A stretch of 63,290 bases of DNA, the filler included, from Cercozoa sp. M6MM (Eukaryota; Protista; Endomyxa: Ascetosporea), in assembly GCA_040357565.1 (NCBI GenBank). It is 9 parts of 9 records of this genome, joined end to end, with 100 filler letters (N's around TTAATTAATTAA, not from the genome) between each part and the next. Parts side by side here need not be neighbours in the genome. Positions count along the whole stretch, not along the records: positions 16,284 to 32,109 come from JBDODJ010000298.1; positions 32,210 to 36,807 come from JBDODJ010001099.1; positions 36,908 to 41,844 come from JBDODJ010001017.1; 6 more parts are not named here. The stretch is one strand, 5' to 3'. A program made the position numbers and the translations under genes. This document shows, piece by piece, positions 25,099 to 39,495 of this stretch. Below the pieces are notes generated by a model. That model saw only the letters and a program-made list of their open reading frames with translations. It searched no databases and was not told where the DNA came from. The stretch's first letter is position 1; each line of letters starts with the position of its first letter.

Positions 25099-27243
25099 AT
25101 GTCACAGGCGGGCTTGAGAAGAAGAAAACGAAGTGCGAATGCTGCTCGTTTGGAAGAGGCTTGGTTTACCCAACCAGTGTCGCTTGGGGGTGCCATTCAT
25201 TTCGTTTAGTTGGTGAATAGGGAAACTGAATTCATGAACTGAAACTGCAGTCATTCGGAGAGTGTGGAGGTGGTTGATTGCGCTGCCACGAATCGTTCTT
25301 CAATTAGCTCGCTTCTACACGCTGCAAGGCCTGCAGTTGATCAAATCGATATTCGAGTCTCGGCAGGTACACCCAGTTGGCGACCAGGGTTCAGTTTAAA
25401 AAAACCGGTGAATTTACTGTCCCAGATCTTGTGGGCTCTGCTGGTTGCACCGGTTTCGCTTTTGCTGACTCCTTTTGGCGACATCGAGTTTGCACAATCG
25501 TTGTACTATCTTGGGGTTGTAGAGGCAAGTTTGTTTAAATGGTTGTTTCTCTCGTAAAATTGTTGTTTCTCTCGTAAAATTCACCTTTCACAGCTGCAGT
25601 ACTTGCGAAGCACAGGGGTGCTAGGGACACTCCTTGGTTTTGTGCTGTCGAGTGCGGCGAGTGCCGAAACACGAAGATATCAGCAGTGGCAAGCTTGGTG
25701 CGCTGCTGCTTTGGCAGGTGCTTTCATTTCTCACATCCCTAATTCGAACATATCTTTGTCTGTGACTTCAGGCATCGGGTACGCCTGCCTCGCTGGCGCA
25801 GCCTCCGATTCTGTGTCGCACTCGATCGGTACACTCAAATTTGCGAAATAAACCGTATTCAGTTATTGAAAGGGATGTGGCACTCAGTGGCATTGACGCT
25901 CGCGGTGGCTGCACTTTCCATCGGAAGTGGAGTTGCCTTGTGTCTTGCACTTGAGCAGGTTTGTTGTTGTTTGAATTTTTCGGATTTTAAAACAAATGAT
26001 TGTGAAGCTGGTCTGGTTTACAGGTATCTCAGCACGCACCATACCGTCATTTGCGATTGACGAGAGGAGTGGTGATTGGTTTGGCTCTCGTGTCGTGCCA
26101 CTGGGTTTCTGATGTTGTTGGTACAGCATTTGTTGTCGTTAATCTGTGAATGGTCAGCTGCAATAACTTTAGAGGCGATAATCTCGGTGCTTGATGCTGA
26201 CTACAGACGCGACTCGTTACTGCCTGAACACGTACAGGTAAATTCGTAATGAGTATGCTGACAGTTTATGCGACGCATGTAACCTTCACCACAGTCACGC
26301 TTTTCGATGTCGATGTGGCTCGTCGTGGCAGCCGTTTCCGTCGGCGTTATTGTTCTACGCAATGACAACGGCGAAGAAGCAGAACAAACCTCACAACTTG
26401 AGAATGCAAAAGAAGAAACAGTACCTGAACCTTCCGTCAATCCTGTGGCCGCAGACCAGGTATCCGTGAAACCCTTTCGGCTTTTCTGCCGGTCACTGTC
26501 GTTAACGCACTGCTTAGGTGATACTCGACACGACTCCTGTCTTCGTCGCACTCGTGTTGGCACTCATACTGGCGCCTGTTCTGTACACACACTTTGAGTA
26601 CAGTTTAAGGGTGAGTTTATACAGAACATCCATTTCTGTTGACAGAACGGCCGCGTCAACACTGAGAGCGCTGCACACGGCGCAACGCGAAACAAGTCAC
26701 TTTGGCGACAATGCCAACCTGTACGCGCTCTGTTGTTGGATGCGGTTTCTCCTCTGCGCCATCCCGAGTCAGTCCTGTGAGTGCATAGGTACTGCTGGAG
26801 CGCAGCTGTTGCCTCAATAGTGACCGGTGTGCTTTTGGACTCGCACAAGGTGCCTCTCACCACGTTTGTTGCCTACCTGAGTGCCATTACGTTGCTGGTT
26901 GCCACGGTTGCCCCAAGCAAAGTAAATATACTTCAATTCGTATATTGAACCGACTCTGCTGGTGAATCGAGTGTCTGATTAGATTCCTGCCATCAGCGTG
27001 TTGCTGGGAGCGTCACTGGCTGCGGCTTTCCATATCGTGGTGGATCAGTTGCACATGAGAAGAGGTACATTACGTCCAGGCCGAGTTAAGTTACACATTC
27101 ACCTGTGTTCATACTCGACACCTTGCGTAGACACGAAATGGCTTTCAGTTGGCACGTGGTTTTGCTGTTTCGCAGTCGCTCTCGTTTTGTCTGGAGTCAC
27201 GGTAAAAACAGTGCCAGGAAAAATACGCAGCCAGCAACATTGA
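25099..27243 (+). CDS. Multi-pass membrane protein of unknown family
   Basis: MSQAGLRRRK start, followed by many hydrophobic exons with GT-AG borders. Confidence 0.55.
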
Positions 27244-27742
27244 ATAGTTGTGCAGTGGAAGGAATGGCTCGACGCAATCGATGTTCGCAGCGCCGGCGCA
27301 CTTGCTCAGACGTATCATTTCTGCAAGATAAATTGAGTTCTCTATGAGATATTACAGTTCGACTCTTGACTAACGAGTAGCTGCACCAACAGTAACGAGT
27401 GTCTGCGAAGAGGGCACATGCTCATGTTCGCATTCGCTGGTGCTGCCGCCGTGTTGCTGCCGCTGTTTCCAGACGCAGTTGATCCCGACCGACCTGCTGC
27501 CAGTCGCGCCAACATGCGCACCGTGATGCAGGATTCGCTTCGGACTACAGGTACACGTTCAAGCGGTGTCATCGATACTGAACTTTCAAGAAAACAAACT
27601 GACAACACTCATAGGCATCATGTTTGGAACTGTGCGGCCGCGTGACTCGCCGCTTGTGACTGCTTTTGATCGTTCACGCACGCAACAGATCGTGCTAGAG
27701 GTGCCTTTTCCTTCCAGTTTATCTTCAAACAGAAGGATAGCA

Positions 27743-28654
27743 ATGGGTTTGCAGGAACTACGTGCTCGAGCAGCACTGCAAAAGCAGGCGATTGAAGCGC
27801 AAAAACTCCAAATGGAAGCCGAAACGAGGCGGAGACAGCAGGCACAGGCTCAAGCGCAGTACGAACAACAAGTGCGAGAAAACAGGTACACCAACTGCGA
27901 ATTTTAAGTTCATACACACTGAACTGACTGAAACAGACGACGAGAGTTCGAGCAGTTGCTGCAACAGGCGAGGTATCGAAAGGAACAGGAGCAGCTGCGA
28001 CAGCAACGAGAGCAAGAGGAGCGCGAATTGCGCGAGCGACAGCTGCGCGAGCAGCAGCAGCGAATGGTGCGACAGCGCGTCGAAGCCGCCAAGCAACGGC
28101 AGCACGAGTCGATGCGACAGAAAGTGCTGCTGTCGAAGCAGAAGAAGCAACAGCAAATGCAGCGACTGCTTGAACAAGAGAGACAACAACAACAAGTGCA
28201 ACTGCAACCTCCACAGCGACCTGCAGTTCCACCCCAGCGACCTGTGCCTCCTGCTCCAGCCAAACAAGTGTCGAGACGACCGACGAGAGCCCATGGGCCG
28301 CCAAAACGACCACGTGGTCGACCGTCGCGATTGCGACGAGGTCCACGACCTACTTAGTGGTGCAGTATCCAAAGATCGGAAATCTCGTGAATTCTACTGT
28401 ACCGTAAAACTGAGCCAACAAGTTGATCAGTGTACAAATCAAATATCGTTGAGCGAGAAAACCAAAACATGGCTCATACCGTCCGAAAAAAGCCCCGGTG
28501 GGCGCGGTCACTTCGTCGCCGCAGCGTCGGCAACACCAACAGCACCGAAGGCGGCCACAGCCACGTGCGTCAGCTGCTGAGCAGGTTCGTGCTGCTCAAG
28601 GGCGTCACCGACCCTACTAGCATCGCCATGACTATGGCGTTCGTGCAGTGGTAG
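27743..28654 (+). CDS. Gln/Glu/Arg-rich coiled-coil protein
   Basis: MGLQELRARAALQKQAIEAQK.../REFEQLLQQARYRKEQEQLRQQREQEER...; 3' end uncertain. Confidence 0.55.
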
Positions 28655-29054
28655 CGTGCTCACGTGGTTCCGTGACACACGCGCCAGCTGAAAAAGTACG
28701 ATGACGATATTGAGCGAAAGCTGTTCTTGTGGAAGCGCGCGCTGCACTGTCTTTTCTCCCAAGTACTCTGATACACCAACCCTTATGGTGTCGCAGCACA
28801 TATATATATATATAGATATATAAATTTATATATATATATATATATATCTATTCACCCTATATCCAATGAATATAATGATTATATATAGGGCATACAAATG
28901 GAGAAGAACACACGAACTCAGGGAATTCTCGTGACGCAGCTGCCTTGTTCGCTCAGCAGCAGTACGACGCTCTAGAGGAAGGGTTCCCTCGTGAGAGATT
29001 GCTTCCGCGTACCAACTTACAGTAGCGTAGGTCATGTAGGACACAAGTCGAAGA

Positions 29055-29676
29055 TTAGTCAGAAGAGTTGGCCGGCGCCGAAAAAGAGCGTTGCAACAGG
29101 TCTATCGGTACCCACTTTTGGATCGGCTGACGCCCGGGCGGCGCGCAAAACCCAAGCACTCTCGTTTCCCCGTCGCGGAGGGACGAAGGATTGATACATG
29201 GCAAGCCCAAGGTTTCGAAGCTCATGCGTCCGTTGGCGTAGTCGCCGGCGCGGGCAGCTGCCTCAGACGACGATAGTAGCACCGGCTTTTGACCCTCACC
29301 CCTTATTTCAAAGCACGGCACGTGTAGCTCGAAGAAGTCCTTCTTGTTCAGACGGTAGCACGGTGCACCCAGTTTGATCTCCCGTTTGATCACGGCGTCT
29401 TTGGGCAGCACTGAGAGGACGGTGAAGCCAATGTCGCAGCACAGCGACGACACAGGCTCTGAACGGTCGCCAAAGGGCACGGTAGGCAGCACCTGCAGCT
29501 GGTGGTATTGAATCATTTTTCTGCCACGCTCAGTGGCGAAGCTGCGAGTCGGCACGGACAAGGAAGGTAGGTGGCACTTGGCTCGCATGACAGGGGTCAG
29601 CAACTAAGTTTAAAGTAGAACACAGCCCAGCAGGTTCCAACGCAAAAAAGACTTACCGCAAGCTTCGACACATCAT
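29055..29676 (-). CDS. Unknown protein with a mitochondrial-presequence-like N-terminus
   Basis: MMCRSLR/LLTPVMRAKCHLPSLSVPTRSFAT followed by a 180-aa open exon. Confidence 0.55.
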
Positions 29677-29730
29677 TATCGCCGGCCAACTTTTTCGGGC
29701 CTTGGGAGGTCTGCCAGTCGCGCTCGGCGC

Positions 29731-30660
29731 TCAACAGGTAGAGCGTCTGCTTCTCGCAGTCTGTGCAGCAAAAAACATTCTACCAAGCGTAGGCACGCAG
29801 TAGTGAAAACAAAGCTTACACGCAGAAAACTCTTTCAGCGAACGAAAGAAAGAGTTGAAGGACTTCGCGCGAGTCGCTTCCAAACGTTGGCCGGCAGGTA
29901 GCAGAGATTGCACACGGTTTGCGAATTGCAGAAGCACCGAAATCTGTTTCATAGTTTACTAAGGTAGCTGTATTGTGGTACTCGAACACCGTTACAGTGA
30001 ACATGTCGAGTCCGTTGACACAGGTGTCAAGTCGCTTGCCGAAAGAGCACAACGTCTGTAAAATAAAAATGTAACTTGGCTGTACCGATTTAGCGACAGA
30101 AAGACCGTACCTCATGGAAGTCTATGATAGGTGCAGCGAGTTGACTCAGTTCCTAAATATACAAGTTTTCTGACGCGTAAAGTTATCAGAAAAGTGATTA
30201 ACAGATCCAATCTACCCAATCCTCGGTTTCGCCATACGGGGTAAAAAGTCGCAACCTCTCGCCAAAAAACTGTTGATTTAACACTACGAGTGCGCCACGA
30301 GAAATCAAATAACTCCTTCAATACAGCAACACAGTGAGCGTACCTCTCACAACCGTCGGCAAGAAGACAGGCTTCTCTTTTTCGCGTCGGTCACGCGCCC
30401 AGTTCTGCACTTCTTCGACGGTTCTGCTCAGCAAATGCAGTGAAACATTTGTCTCGTCAACATTTCAGTACACTTCTGGACGAGCGATGTTAAGCTTGTC
30501 CGCTGAGCTGTCGCCTGCCAACTGAGCCTCGAAACTCTGCGTTCCACGGAAAACGTGTGAGACCAAAGTTGGATTGTTATGACATAGTGTGCTTCAAACC
30601 GTATTCTTCAGCTCTTTCGGCGCCAAGGCAACACCTGGCACCTCGGTTCCTATTGACCCT
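29731..30660 (-). CDS. Unknown multi-exon gene (boundaries uncertain)
   Basis: Exon-like pieces ELSQLAAPIIDFHE/TLCSFGKRLDTCVNGLDMFT/ISVLLQFANRVQSLLP with GT-AG borders. Confidence 0.4.
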
Positions 30661-31160
30661 TCAGGTGTTTATCACGCGGCCCGATTCGTTATCGCAAAAG
30701 TGAAAACTTCAAACAAAAACCACTAAGTAACTTTGTTGTCATTCTTATTACGAAAACTATTCGTGCGAAACTCGCTCTTCCGGAAACAATTACCATCTGC
30801 AAGTACAAAGCGCAAAACTCGCTCAGATGCTTGGGGCGCAACGCCTGATTCGGTCTCGTCCAGGCTCTCGCTGCTCATTTTTTACCTGTCAACGGTGATA
30901 GGGTTTCCCTCAGCACGGGTTTCCTGAACTTTCTGCGTAACCGTGATCGTTCCAACTCACAAAATTCATCCCAAAACACATAAGTGATGGCCACTTTTGT
31001 TAGCTTTGTTAGGTATAATTTAAAACATAGACGATTCTTGCATGCCAAAACTGGCGCTGCACTTAAGCTTCCAGGTGATTCAGCCAGCCAGACCCGTACC
31101 CGACCGATCATACTGTCAGTACACTTTAGGGCTAATGGGTTCGCCGTCGGCCTCGTTTTG

Positions 31161-31736
31161 TTAGTTGTGTCCATGGCGCCAAGAAGTACCTGTAGTTTGA
31201 CTAGCGTCTGCGTCGCTAAACTCTCGTTGGCGGTACGCGGGCACTGAAACAAGGGTCAGCACTCACAACAGCTTCGTCAGCATTTGCAGATGAAACACAC
31301 CTGATCGCTTGTTGAGTGAAACTGTCTCACGCTTCAGCACATGCAGCAGAGTTTGCGAGGATTCGCTGCAGGACAGTTCAGTTCTTCAATTGCTGAAGGA
31401 GGTGCGAAGAAAACTAGAAAGCTTACAGAATCTTCATGTAGGCCGCCTCGGTTTCCTGGATAGTGCGGTCGAAGTCGTTTCGGGCTTGAATCTTCTGGGC
31501 CATGGATTCGTTGAGCCTACATTGAAAGCCCAAAAAGTTCCCAGCTAAAGCTGAACACAGGCGAAAATGTACACTTGGAGCCGTTGCTGCAGCGAAAGAA
31601 GCGACTTCTCAATCTGCGCTTTTTCGCGTTCCTCCTCAGCGAGATCTCGACTGACACTATCACGCTTTTCGCGCAGATCTTCGATGCATCGCACAAGCTC
31701 CGCGTTGTAGTTTTGCATGTTTGTGTTGCTGCTCAT
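31161..31736 (-). CDS. SSNA1: SSNA1/DIP13/NA14 basal-body and microtubule coiled-coil protein
   Basis: [19 protein letters not shown]...[10 protein letters not shown].../[33 protein letters not shown]; last exon uncertain. Confidence 0.92.
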
Positions 31737-32209
31737 GCCGTGTTTGCTTAAATGGGTTCAAAACGTAGACTTCACTTGTTTCGGCCAACGAAAAGAACTT
31801 CGTCCGTTCTGCCCGAAATGCCTTCGAAAATAACACGACGACGTTCTGCCACGCCAGTTCAGTTTGTCAGTTCTCGCGTTAGCGTGCGAGAAGCAAGCTT
31901 TGGGGACAGCTTCCGCGTGAAACGCTTCCGCGGTGCGAAACGCTACGAGCGATCGAGAGCGTGAACTGAAATTATTAGTTCATCATTCCAGGGCGTCCAC
32001 AGTACATAAACTTACGGGTTCAGTCAGTTCAGTGCCTTTCGAGGAGTAGCATAGCCTGGGGGGGGGGGGTACATTACTGTACGACAGTCTATCCGTCAGT
32101 TCTAAACTTNNNNNNNNNNNNNNNNNNNNNNNNNNNNNNNNNNNNNNNNNNNNTTAATTAATTAANNNNNNNNNNNNNNNNNNNNNNNNNNNNNNNNNNN
32201 NNNNNNNNN

Positions 32210-32252
<43 letters not shown>

Positions 32253-32266
32253 GTAATACACGAGGA

Positions 32267-32896
32267 TACCAGTGGAGCAAACGCGGCACCTGGTGCGGCT
32301 TTTCGGCAGCTTTCTTCTTCAGCTCGGCCACTCGCTCCTCTGCATAAATAATTAATCATATACTCATTATTCACTCATATATACGTAGATATATATGCAA
32401 GAGACCAGTCAACTCGAAGGTCGGGAAGTTTTCCCAGCGCTCCTTTGGAAAACAAAACACGCATGCACAGCACACAACAAACACAGGGGGGGGTGGTGGT
32501 GAACACAAGGCAGGACTACCTTCTCGGGCTGTGGCTTCATGCGATGCATCGTGCGCGTCTCGTGTGCCAGTTTCGACATCTCATCCAAGTTGCCTGTCAA
32601 CACACAAAAAAAGTACAGCTCCGATGGACTCATGGTTCATCCTAGCGTTCAGTCCTACCGAGCTCGAGATCGCGACGACGGAATTTCGCGAAATGCCGAC
32701 TTTGCCTCTCTGAAAAAAACAAATGCACTGTAAAAACTGCTTGCGCTGATAGGTGTGACCGCGTGCTGGCACTAAATAAACTTGGTTCCACAGAGATCCA
32801 AGCATCTTGGGCCAGTTTTTGATGTGTTGTTTGGGTTGAAAAAGTGGGATTACCGACGAGCGATCTGCGCGACACACGCGCGGCCACGCGCTGCAT
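32267..32896 (-). CDS. 5' part of an unknown, probably mitochondrial, protein
   Basis: Arg/Ser-rich N-terminus MQRVAARVSRRSLV...RQSRHFAKFRRR; cut by the contig end. Confidence 0.4.
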
Positions 32897-33072
32897 GATC
32901 AACCTGGAACGGCAACGAAGAGCACGTCGTGCTGGACGTGTTCCGTTGCGTTTTGAAATCCGCTTCAGTGGCTCGTTCCCCTTAATTGTAGCCACCAAGT
33001 TTTCGTTTCTTGTTTTCCGTTATTGGTCAATTATAATACGCGCAAGGGCGTGTTCTGACTTATTAAAACACA

Positions 33073-34209
33073 ATGGTCTGCTCAGTTGGTCACGCGGCTT
33101 TGTGTTTCGACTCCATCCTGGTTCGAAAAACACATCACGTTATTGACCAAAAATGTGTAATCGCTGTTTTTGATTTGCAGAAGGCGCATGGTGTGAAGGT
33201 TGCATCACGGCGTCTGTCTCATGAAGGGGCCAGGGTATCGCCTCGCCTTTTTCTCCTTGATCTACTCTACCTGGAGGGAACTGTTCAGACAAAGGCGCCC
33301 TTGTTTGTCACGTGGAAGAAGGGCGGGCAGTTGCGTGGGTGCATCGGCACGTTTGCGCAGAACAAAGCACTTGGTGGTATTTCAGAGCTTTTCGGTGTTC
33401 GGTGTTAGAAAGTTTGATTTCTGGGCTGGGAACGTGCAGAGAGTCTTCCACAGTATGCCCTGTTGGCTGCAATGAAGGACTCGCGATTGTACCGGACCCC
33501 TTATTTATCTCTGCCTACCCTTCCTTAATCACTGTTGTGCAGTGCGCCAGTGTCGCTGTCGGAAGTGCCGGAGCTTGAGTGCAGCGTTTCGATCCTAAGC
33601 GACTTTGAATCGGTGTCTGGGTGGGATGACTGGGTCATTGGCGAACACGGTGTTCAGATGGTGCGTTATTCTGACCGTTCTTTTAGGTTCAAGTTGTTGT
33701 TTATGAGTACACTGCATGTACTGTTAGCAGGAACTGGACCACAGTAACAAGCACTACCGAGCGACTTTTCTGCCCCAAGGTATCAATTTATGTTGCACTC
33801 TGGTAGTTATTGGGTTTTGTATATATGTGTTAGGTATTTATACATATAACATTTACATTGTCTCCAGTTGCGAGCGAATTCGGTTGGGACCATCGGACGA
33901 CAATGTTGCACCTGCTGCGCAAGGCTGGCGTGCCAAAGCACCTTTGGCAAGAGTGCTTGCCTTTGTTGCGAATCACTCGGTAGCTTGAGTGCGTGTTTCT
34001 GCCTGTGTTTGCGCTAACATCACAGATTGACCTTTCAGGTACCGATCAAACAAGGCGCACCTGCAATGGCACCAATACGTTTCAGAGCACTGTTACGAAA
34101 GGTACAGTGGCATCATCCGATGGCAATAATCATATGTATGCAAGTGTGATATGTTCATTTTGACAGCGACGTGGTTGCGATTAAAGCAGCGCTCAACGCG
34201 CAACAGTGA
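33073..34209 (+). CDS. AMMECR1: AMMECR1-domain protein
   Basis: PLFVTWKKGGQLRGCIGTF, YALLAAMKDSRF/APV, CSVSILSDFE..WDDWVIGEHG, ATFLPQV/ASEFGWD, LLRKAG. Confidence 0.93.
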
Positions 34210-34654
34210 CTCGACTCGCGTCGATCATCCTGCCGCTGCGGCGACGCGACTGATTGAAGAGGGGACAGGTGTTCATGTCGATGTGTCGCGTGGTGCGCCC
34301 CGCTTAACCGCACTTGAATACACGACGTGATACGACACGGTTATTTACTCTATCGTTGCACTGGAGAATGTACGAAATTTGCAGGTATGGCCGAACCCCC
34401 CATACTATTTACCCTTTACCCGCTCCACGCCCATTTACCCCCTTTGTCGGGTATGGTGGGTTTTTCGAGGCAAAATTAGAGCAAAATCCTATCGTGTTTA
34501 ACCCCTTTGCCCCCCTTTACCCCTCCCCCCCCCCCCGCCTTGCCCCTCTCGTCTTTACCCAGTTATACTACGCTACGTACACTCCCACAAATTAATTATA
34601 AACTGCTGAACGGTTGGGACGGTAGCTATAGATTCAGTTTTTTTTTTTTTTTGC

Positions 34655-36640
34655 TTAGCTAGTAGTTCTGCTCCAAGTGTCGTTCGGACTTAAGGTGTCA
34701 GAGTCGCCAGAAACCAGAGTGGCGGCGTCATCGACTTCGACACTAATCATGGTGCCGTTGTGTTCTCCTGTTGTGGTCAGTACGTCGTAGACATTCGTGG
34801 TTCGGCTGTGCACGGCCGTACTGCCGGCTGTGCACACCAGCATACTTGACAAGTCAAGTTGTACATGCTCGAAACAACAAGTAGATGTACCAGTGCTGAT
34901 AAACAGAGTGGAGGAGACGTTCGTGAAGGTGCTTCGGTTGGATTCGGGCGCTTGCTTTCGCTCGTGTATGCGCGCGCAGCGAACGATTTGAGGACTCTGA
35001 ACAATTGTCAGGGAGGTCTACAAACATGAAGAAAAAAGAGGAACAAAAGGTCTACAGTACCGTATCAGGAGGTTGAACAGGCAGTTGTCGCATTAAGGCG
35101 CCTTGGTCGAGTTGTAGCGGCCGCGGCGTCGACGGAGCGCGTGTCGCACCCGACTTTCGCAGTTGCGGCGACTCCCACATCTGCGCTCGATAGACTGGTA
35201 TGTAAATTACAGGCATGGCAGATCTATCGACTTTCCTGACACGCCAATCTCGGTGTACTCAGACCGCCCAGCGGCGCCTGGCGAGGCGTCGGCTGTTGCG
35301 ACACAATAGAGCCGCCCGACAGTGGCGGCAGTGTGGCACGTGCCAGTCTACGTGGTCCTATCCTACGTATTACATGTTGTTGGTACCGACAAGACATGAT
35401 CGAACAGTATGTACCACGAGACAGCACACAAAGCAGCAGCGCAGCCGAGTTGTCTGCTCATGCGTCTCGTACAAGCGATACATTGAAAAAGAGAGAGACA
35501 GCGAAAGTACAGCCAGAAAAACGACGCGCACAGGAAGAAGCGGCCGTGAGAGGAGTTGCACGATGCAGGTGGACGGTGGTGTTGCAGCTCCATGCCATGA
35601 AACACCAGACGCAGAAGCTGCAGCAGACTGCACAGACATCGAGATTCTAGGACAGTACAAAGACAAACTGAAGGGACAGGGGAGAGCAGTACATAGCAAG
35701 AGGCACGAAGAAGAGCGACAGTGCCTGTCTTCATCTGGTGTGAATACACGAGTCATACTTGAACTGCAACAGAGTTTACACACAGACGTTCCAGGCGCCG
35801 GCGTGCTTTGCAGATTCGCTGCGATGACAGGAACACCGAGAAGCGTGCGATACTGAGCCCATCTTTTGACATGGAAAATCAGCAGGGACAGGGCAGTACA
35901 TTTACCCTTGAGCTTCAATAGCTGCCTCTCGCTTGGCCAGCTGCCGCACTACGGTACGCGTCGTTCGGAGAAAGAAACACAGCGCCAGTGCCTCGACGAC
36001 GATAACGATGCAGAAGAATACGACACGGAGATGCGACAGCATGCCTGCAATTTGGACACGTGTAACAATCACTGGGTGCTAGAGAAAGTTTTGCGGAGCA
36101 CCTCCTCCGAAGGCAGCAGCCAGCACGTCTATCATAACAGCTGTGAGCACTAGAGCCGCCACGAAGCAGGCGAACACGCGGGGTTCCCTAATGTGAGGGA
36201 AGTTGATATACCCCCACAATAGTAAAGAGGCAGTAGTACCACGCACGCTGCGGCAACAGAGCGCTGGCACGCGCTGCTCGAGAGGACATCCTAAATTTGT
36301 ATCCACGACAGCTCAGTCATTCGGCCGCTCTCTTCTTCGCTTTGCACTGTAAGAATCATAGTTACTTACCACCCTGTAGCAACGAATTCGGCCAGCAGGA
36401 GACAAGTCACCAGGTCTCCCTGTTTCAAAGGGAGTGTCAATTTACTCACCTGGTCATATCGCCTCTCGAGACGGACGAGGATGCCTACCAACAGGTGCAA
36501 GGCGACAGGTGGCATGACGTTGAGTGCTCCATACGGGTCTAGCGAACGCCCGATACACAGCGTGGCAACACTGGCCACGCAGAGACAGTTCCAGCGCACG
36601 AGGCGACCTGGCTTCTGCTTCAGGTGTCGGTGCACCCACT
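34655..36640 (-). CDS. Multi-pass (possibly 7TM) membrane protein, 5' truncated
   Basis: Hydrophobic exons SLDPYGALNVMPPVALHLL, ALVLTAVMIDVLAAAFGG/MLSHLRVVFFCIVIVVEALAL, plus a Ser/Thr-rich tail. Confidence 0.45.
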
Positions 36641-36704
36641 TGACACGCACGTTTAAATTAGATATCACAACATTTCACGTGCATAGTCCGTACTATATAT
36701 ATAA

Positions 36705-36807
<103 letters not shown>

Positions 36808-36952
36808 NNNNNNNNNNNNNNNNNNNNNNNNNNNNNNNNNNNNNNNNNNNNTTAATTAATTAANNNNNNNNNNNNNNNNNNNNNNNNNNNNNNNNNNNNN
36901 NNNNNNNACACACACACACACACACAGACACACACACACACACACACACACA

Positions 36953-38025
36953 CCTCAGGCAGTAGCACGCCATTGACGAAAGCGACGTTTTCGTCGTATC
37001 GCAGAATTCGCGCCGCGTCATGCAGCAGTACCACTTCCACCTGTCTCAACGGGGGGGGGGGGCCGAGTATAGGGGCCGGGGGAACAGGGGTAAACAGGGG
37101 GGTAAACAGGGGGTAAACAGGGTGGTATACACGCGGAAAGACGTGATTCACAAAGAGTTTCAGCAACTTGGCCGTGCTCTCCGTCGAGTTGTCCGACGGC
37201 TCGAACTGCCACAGGAGGGAGGGGTGAAGGGAGGGTGAAGGGGAGAGAGTAAAGGGTAGGGAGTAAAGGGTAGGGAGTAAAGGGTAGGGAGTAAAGGGTA
37301 GGGAGGGGGTACGTTGGGATTGCGCGGCTGCGAGACGCCCGACACGAGCACGAGAACGCAGCGCGTGCTGTCGGCGTCGGTGCGCGTGTTGGCCAGCCAG
37401 CGCGGCAGCACGGCACTCAGCAGTGGGAAGAAGATGCACCTCACTGTGGCCGGCGTCTCTGGCGGCACGTCTCTACTCATCGCCCCCTTAATTCCCTTCC
37501 CACCCCTATCCCACTCTCCTCTACCCCCCCCCCCCCCCCAGTGGAGACGGTACTTGCGACCACGCACGTGGTAATCCTTCCAGCACGACACGTTGCGCAG
37601 TGGTTCCGCCAGCTGCACGCCGACCGGCGCGTTCTCGGCGTCGTTCAGCACGCGCAGGAACTGCCGGTCCGTCACTGGCAGGCCTAGCTGCAGGAGGGGG
37701 AGGGGACAATGTGTTGAGTAGGTATACACAGGGGGGGGGGCAAGCACATGCAACACGCCAGAGTACCATCTGCCACTGCTGCTGAAAGCTGGGGTCTCGC
37801 TCCAGGAGTTCCTGTGCACGCGCCAACACGCGCTGACTGATGAGGTCCCACGAAGAGAAGCTCGGCCGCGCCATCACGTACTCATCGTGATGCTCCGACT
37901 GCTGCGGTTGCTGCTGCTCGGGCTGCGGACTCTGAGAGGGTTCCGGCGACTGCTCGAGTTCCGTCTGGTGCAACAACGGCGACGTGCAGGCCTGTCTCCA
38001 ATACACACACACACACATCCATATT

Positions 38026-38056
<31 letters not shown>

Positions 38057-38120
38057 GATATATGAGCAGAGGTACATCACAAGTGGACACTTTCGGCGGG
38101 CGCAGCAGCGTGCACAACAT
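36953..38120 (-). CDS. Hypothetical protein (3' truncated)
   Basis: In-frame exons RCIFFPLLSAVLPRW...VLVLVSGVSQPRNPN/FEPSDNSTESTAKLLKLFVNHVFPR/VEVVLLHD...LRYDENVAFV; globular-looking, function unknown. Confidence 0.65.
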
Positions 38121-38434
38121 GTCGCTGTGCGACACATTGTACACCAAGATGCTCGTTGCTGCAAGTACATAGATACACAGGTATGCCGTTGATACGAGAG
38201 TAATACGGGCAAGGCAACTCACAGTCGAAATCGTTGTCTTCTTGCATTTGTTATTTGTTGCTGTCCTCCTCGAGAGTCTTGGTTGCACTCGTCCGATAAA
38301 CTGACAGAATGTCACTGGCAGCAAACCACACGTGCGTACAGCTCAAGGAGCAACAGCTGCGGTTTCTGTGACCCCAGTCCGGTGGCGACGTTTTGAGCCA
38401 GTTATTTGGTCACCTCTGGACTACATTCGTCCAG

Positions 38435-39440
38435 ATGGACAGCACCGAGTCGGTAAGAGTGCAACAGCGATTTGTCGTTGTGGCGGTGCCGTGTGGCCGA
38501 TCGCGAGGTATCTGAGGACACTCGCGTGTCACGAGTGTCTGGAAATGGCGCCAGTTGGCAGCTATGCCGACCCGGCACTGTGCAGCTGCGAGAGGTCGCG
38601 GGATGAGGTTTCCTTCCTTCAGTCGAGATTAAGAACCATAGTTTCACCTATTTCGTCTAAGTGCATGGATGCACTTGTTCCTATGTTTCTTGTGCGTTGT
38701 AGCTATTCTCGCTGGCACAAGCGGCGCTCCACGCCGACGAAAGCGACATCGCGTTGTTCTGGGCCGAGAAGCTCGTGTCGGCAGCCACCGCGTGCTCTGA
38801 GGTGTTTCTCCTTCCTCGCTCATGTTCAGTCCTTTGGAGTATCGTCAATATAAACACACAGGAAGTGTCAGTGACACCGAGACTGTCTTGGCAAGCTAGA
38901 GCGTACCTACCAGTCTGTGCGGGTTCTTGCACCTAAGCATACGCGCGTCTGTGTTCAGAGTGCTGTTGCTCGGCAAGGCATTGTTCCGCGCGCGCAAACT
39001 GCGCCGTGTTGAGGAGCTGTTGCGGCGTACAAACGTTGTGTCCATGGAGGGTGTCACAGGTATGCTTTTAATTGTGTGCATACTCGCGTTCATGTATCAC
39101 TTTGCAGAGACTGAGTGGCCACTTTTGCCGTTTCAACTGCTGCTCGCGCGTGCACTACAAGAACGCGAAGCTTTTGACGAGGCACTTCAGGTGTCTTGTA
39201 ACTCCATGTGTGTGTGTGTATGTGGGGTGTGGGTGTGGGTGTGGGTGTGGGTGTGGGTGTGGGTATGGATGGGTGGGTGTTTATCCATGCCCAGGTTCTG
39301 GGAGGAGACGGTTTCGTGGCAGCGCTGGACCGCTACCGGTGCGAGCAAGGAGGTGAAACACGTGGCATTGCTCTCGACTCGCTGCTGGCCGCGCAACGGT
39401 ACTAATCACAACACTGTCTGGTGTCTGTGTTTGTGTGTGT

Positions 39441-39495
<55 letters not shown>

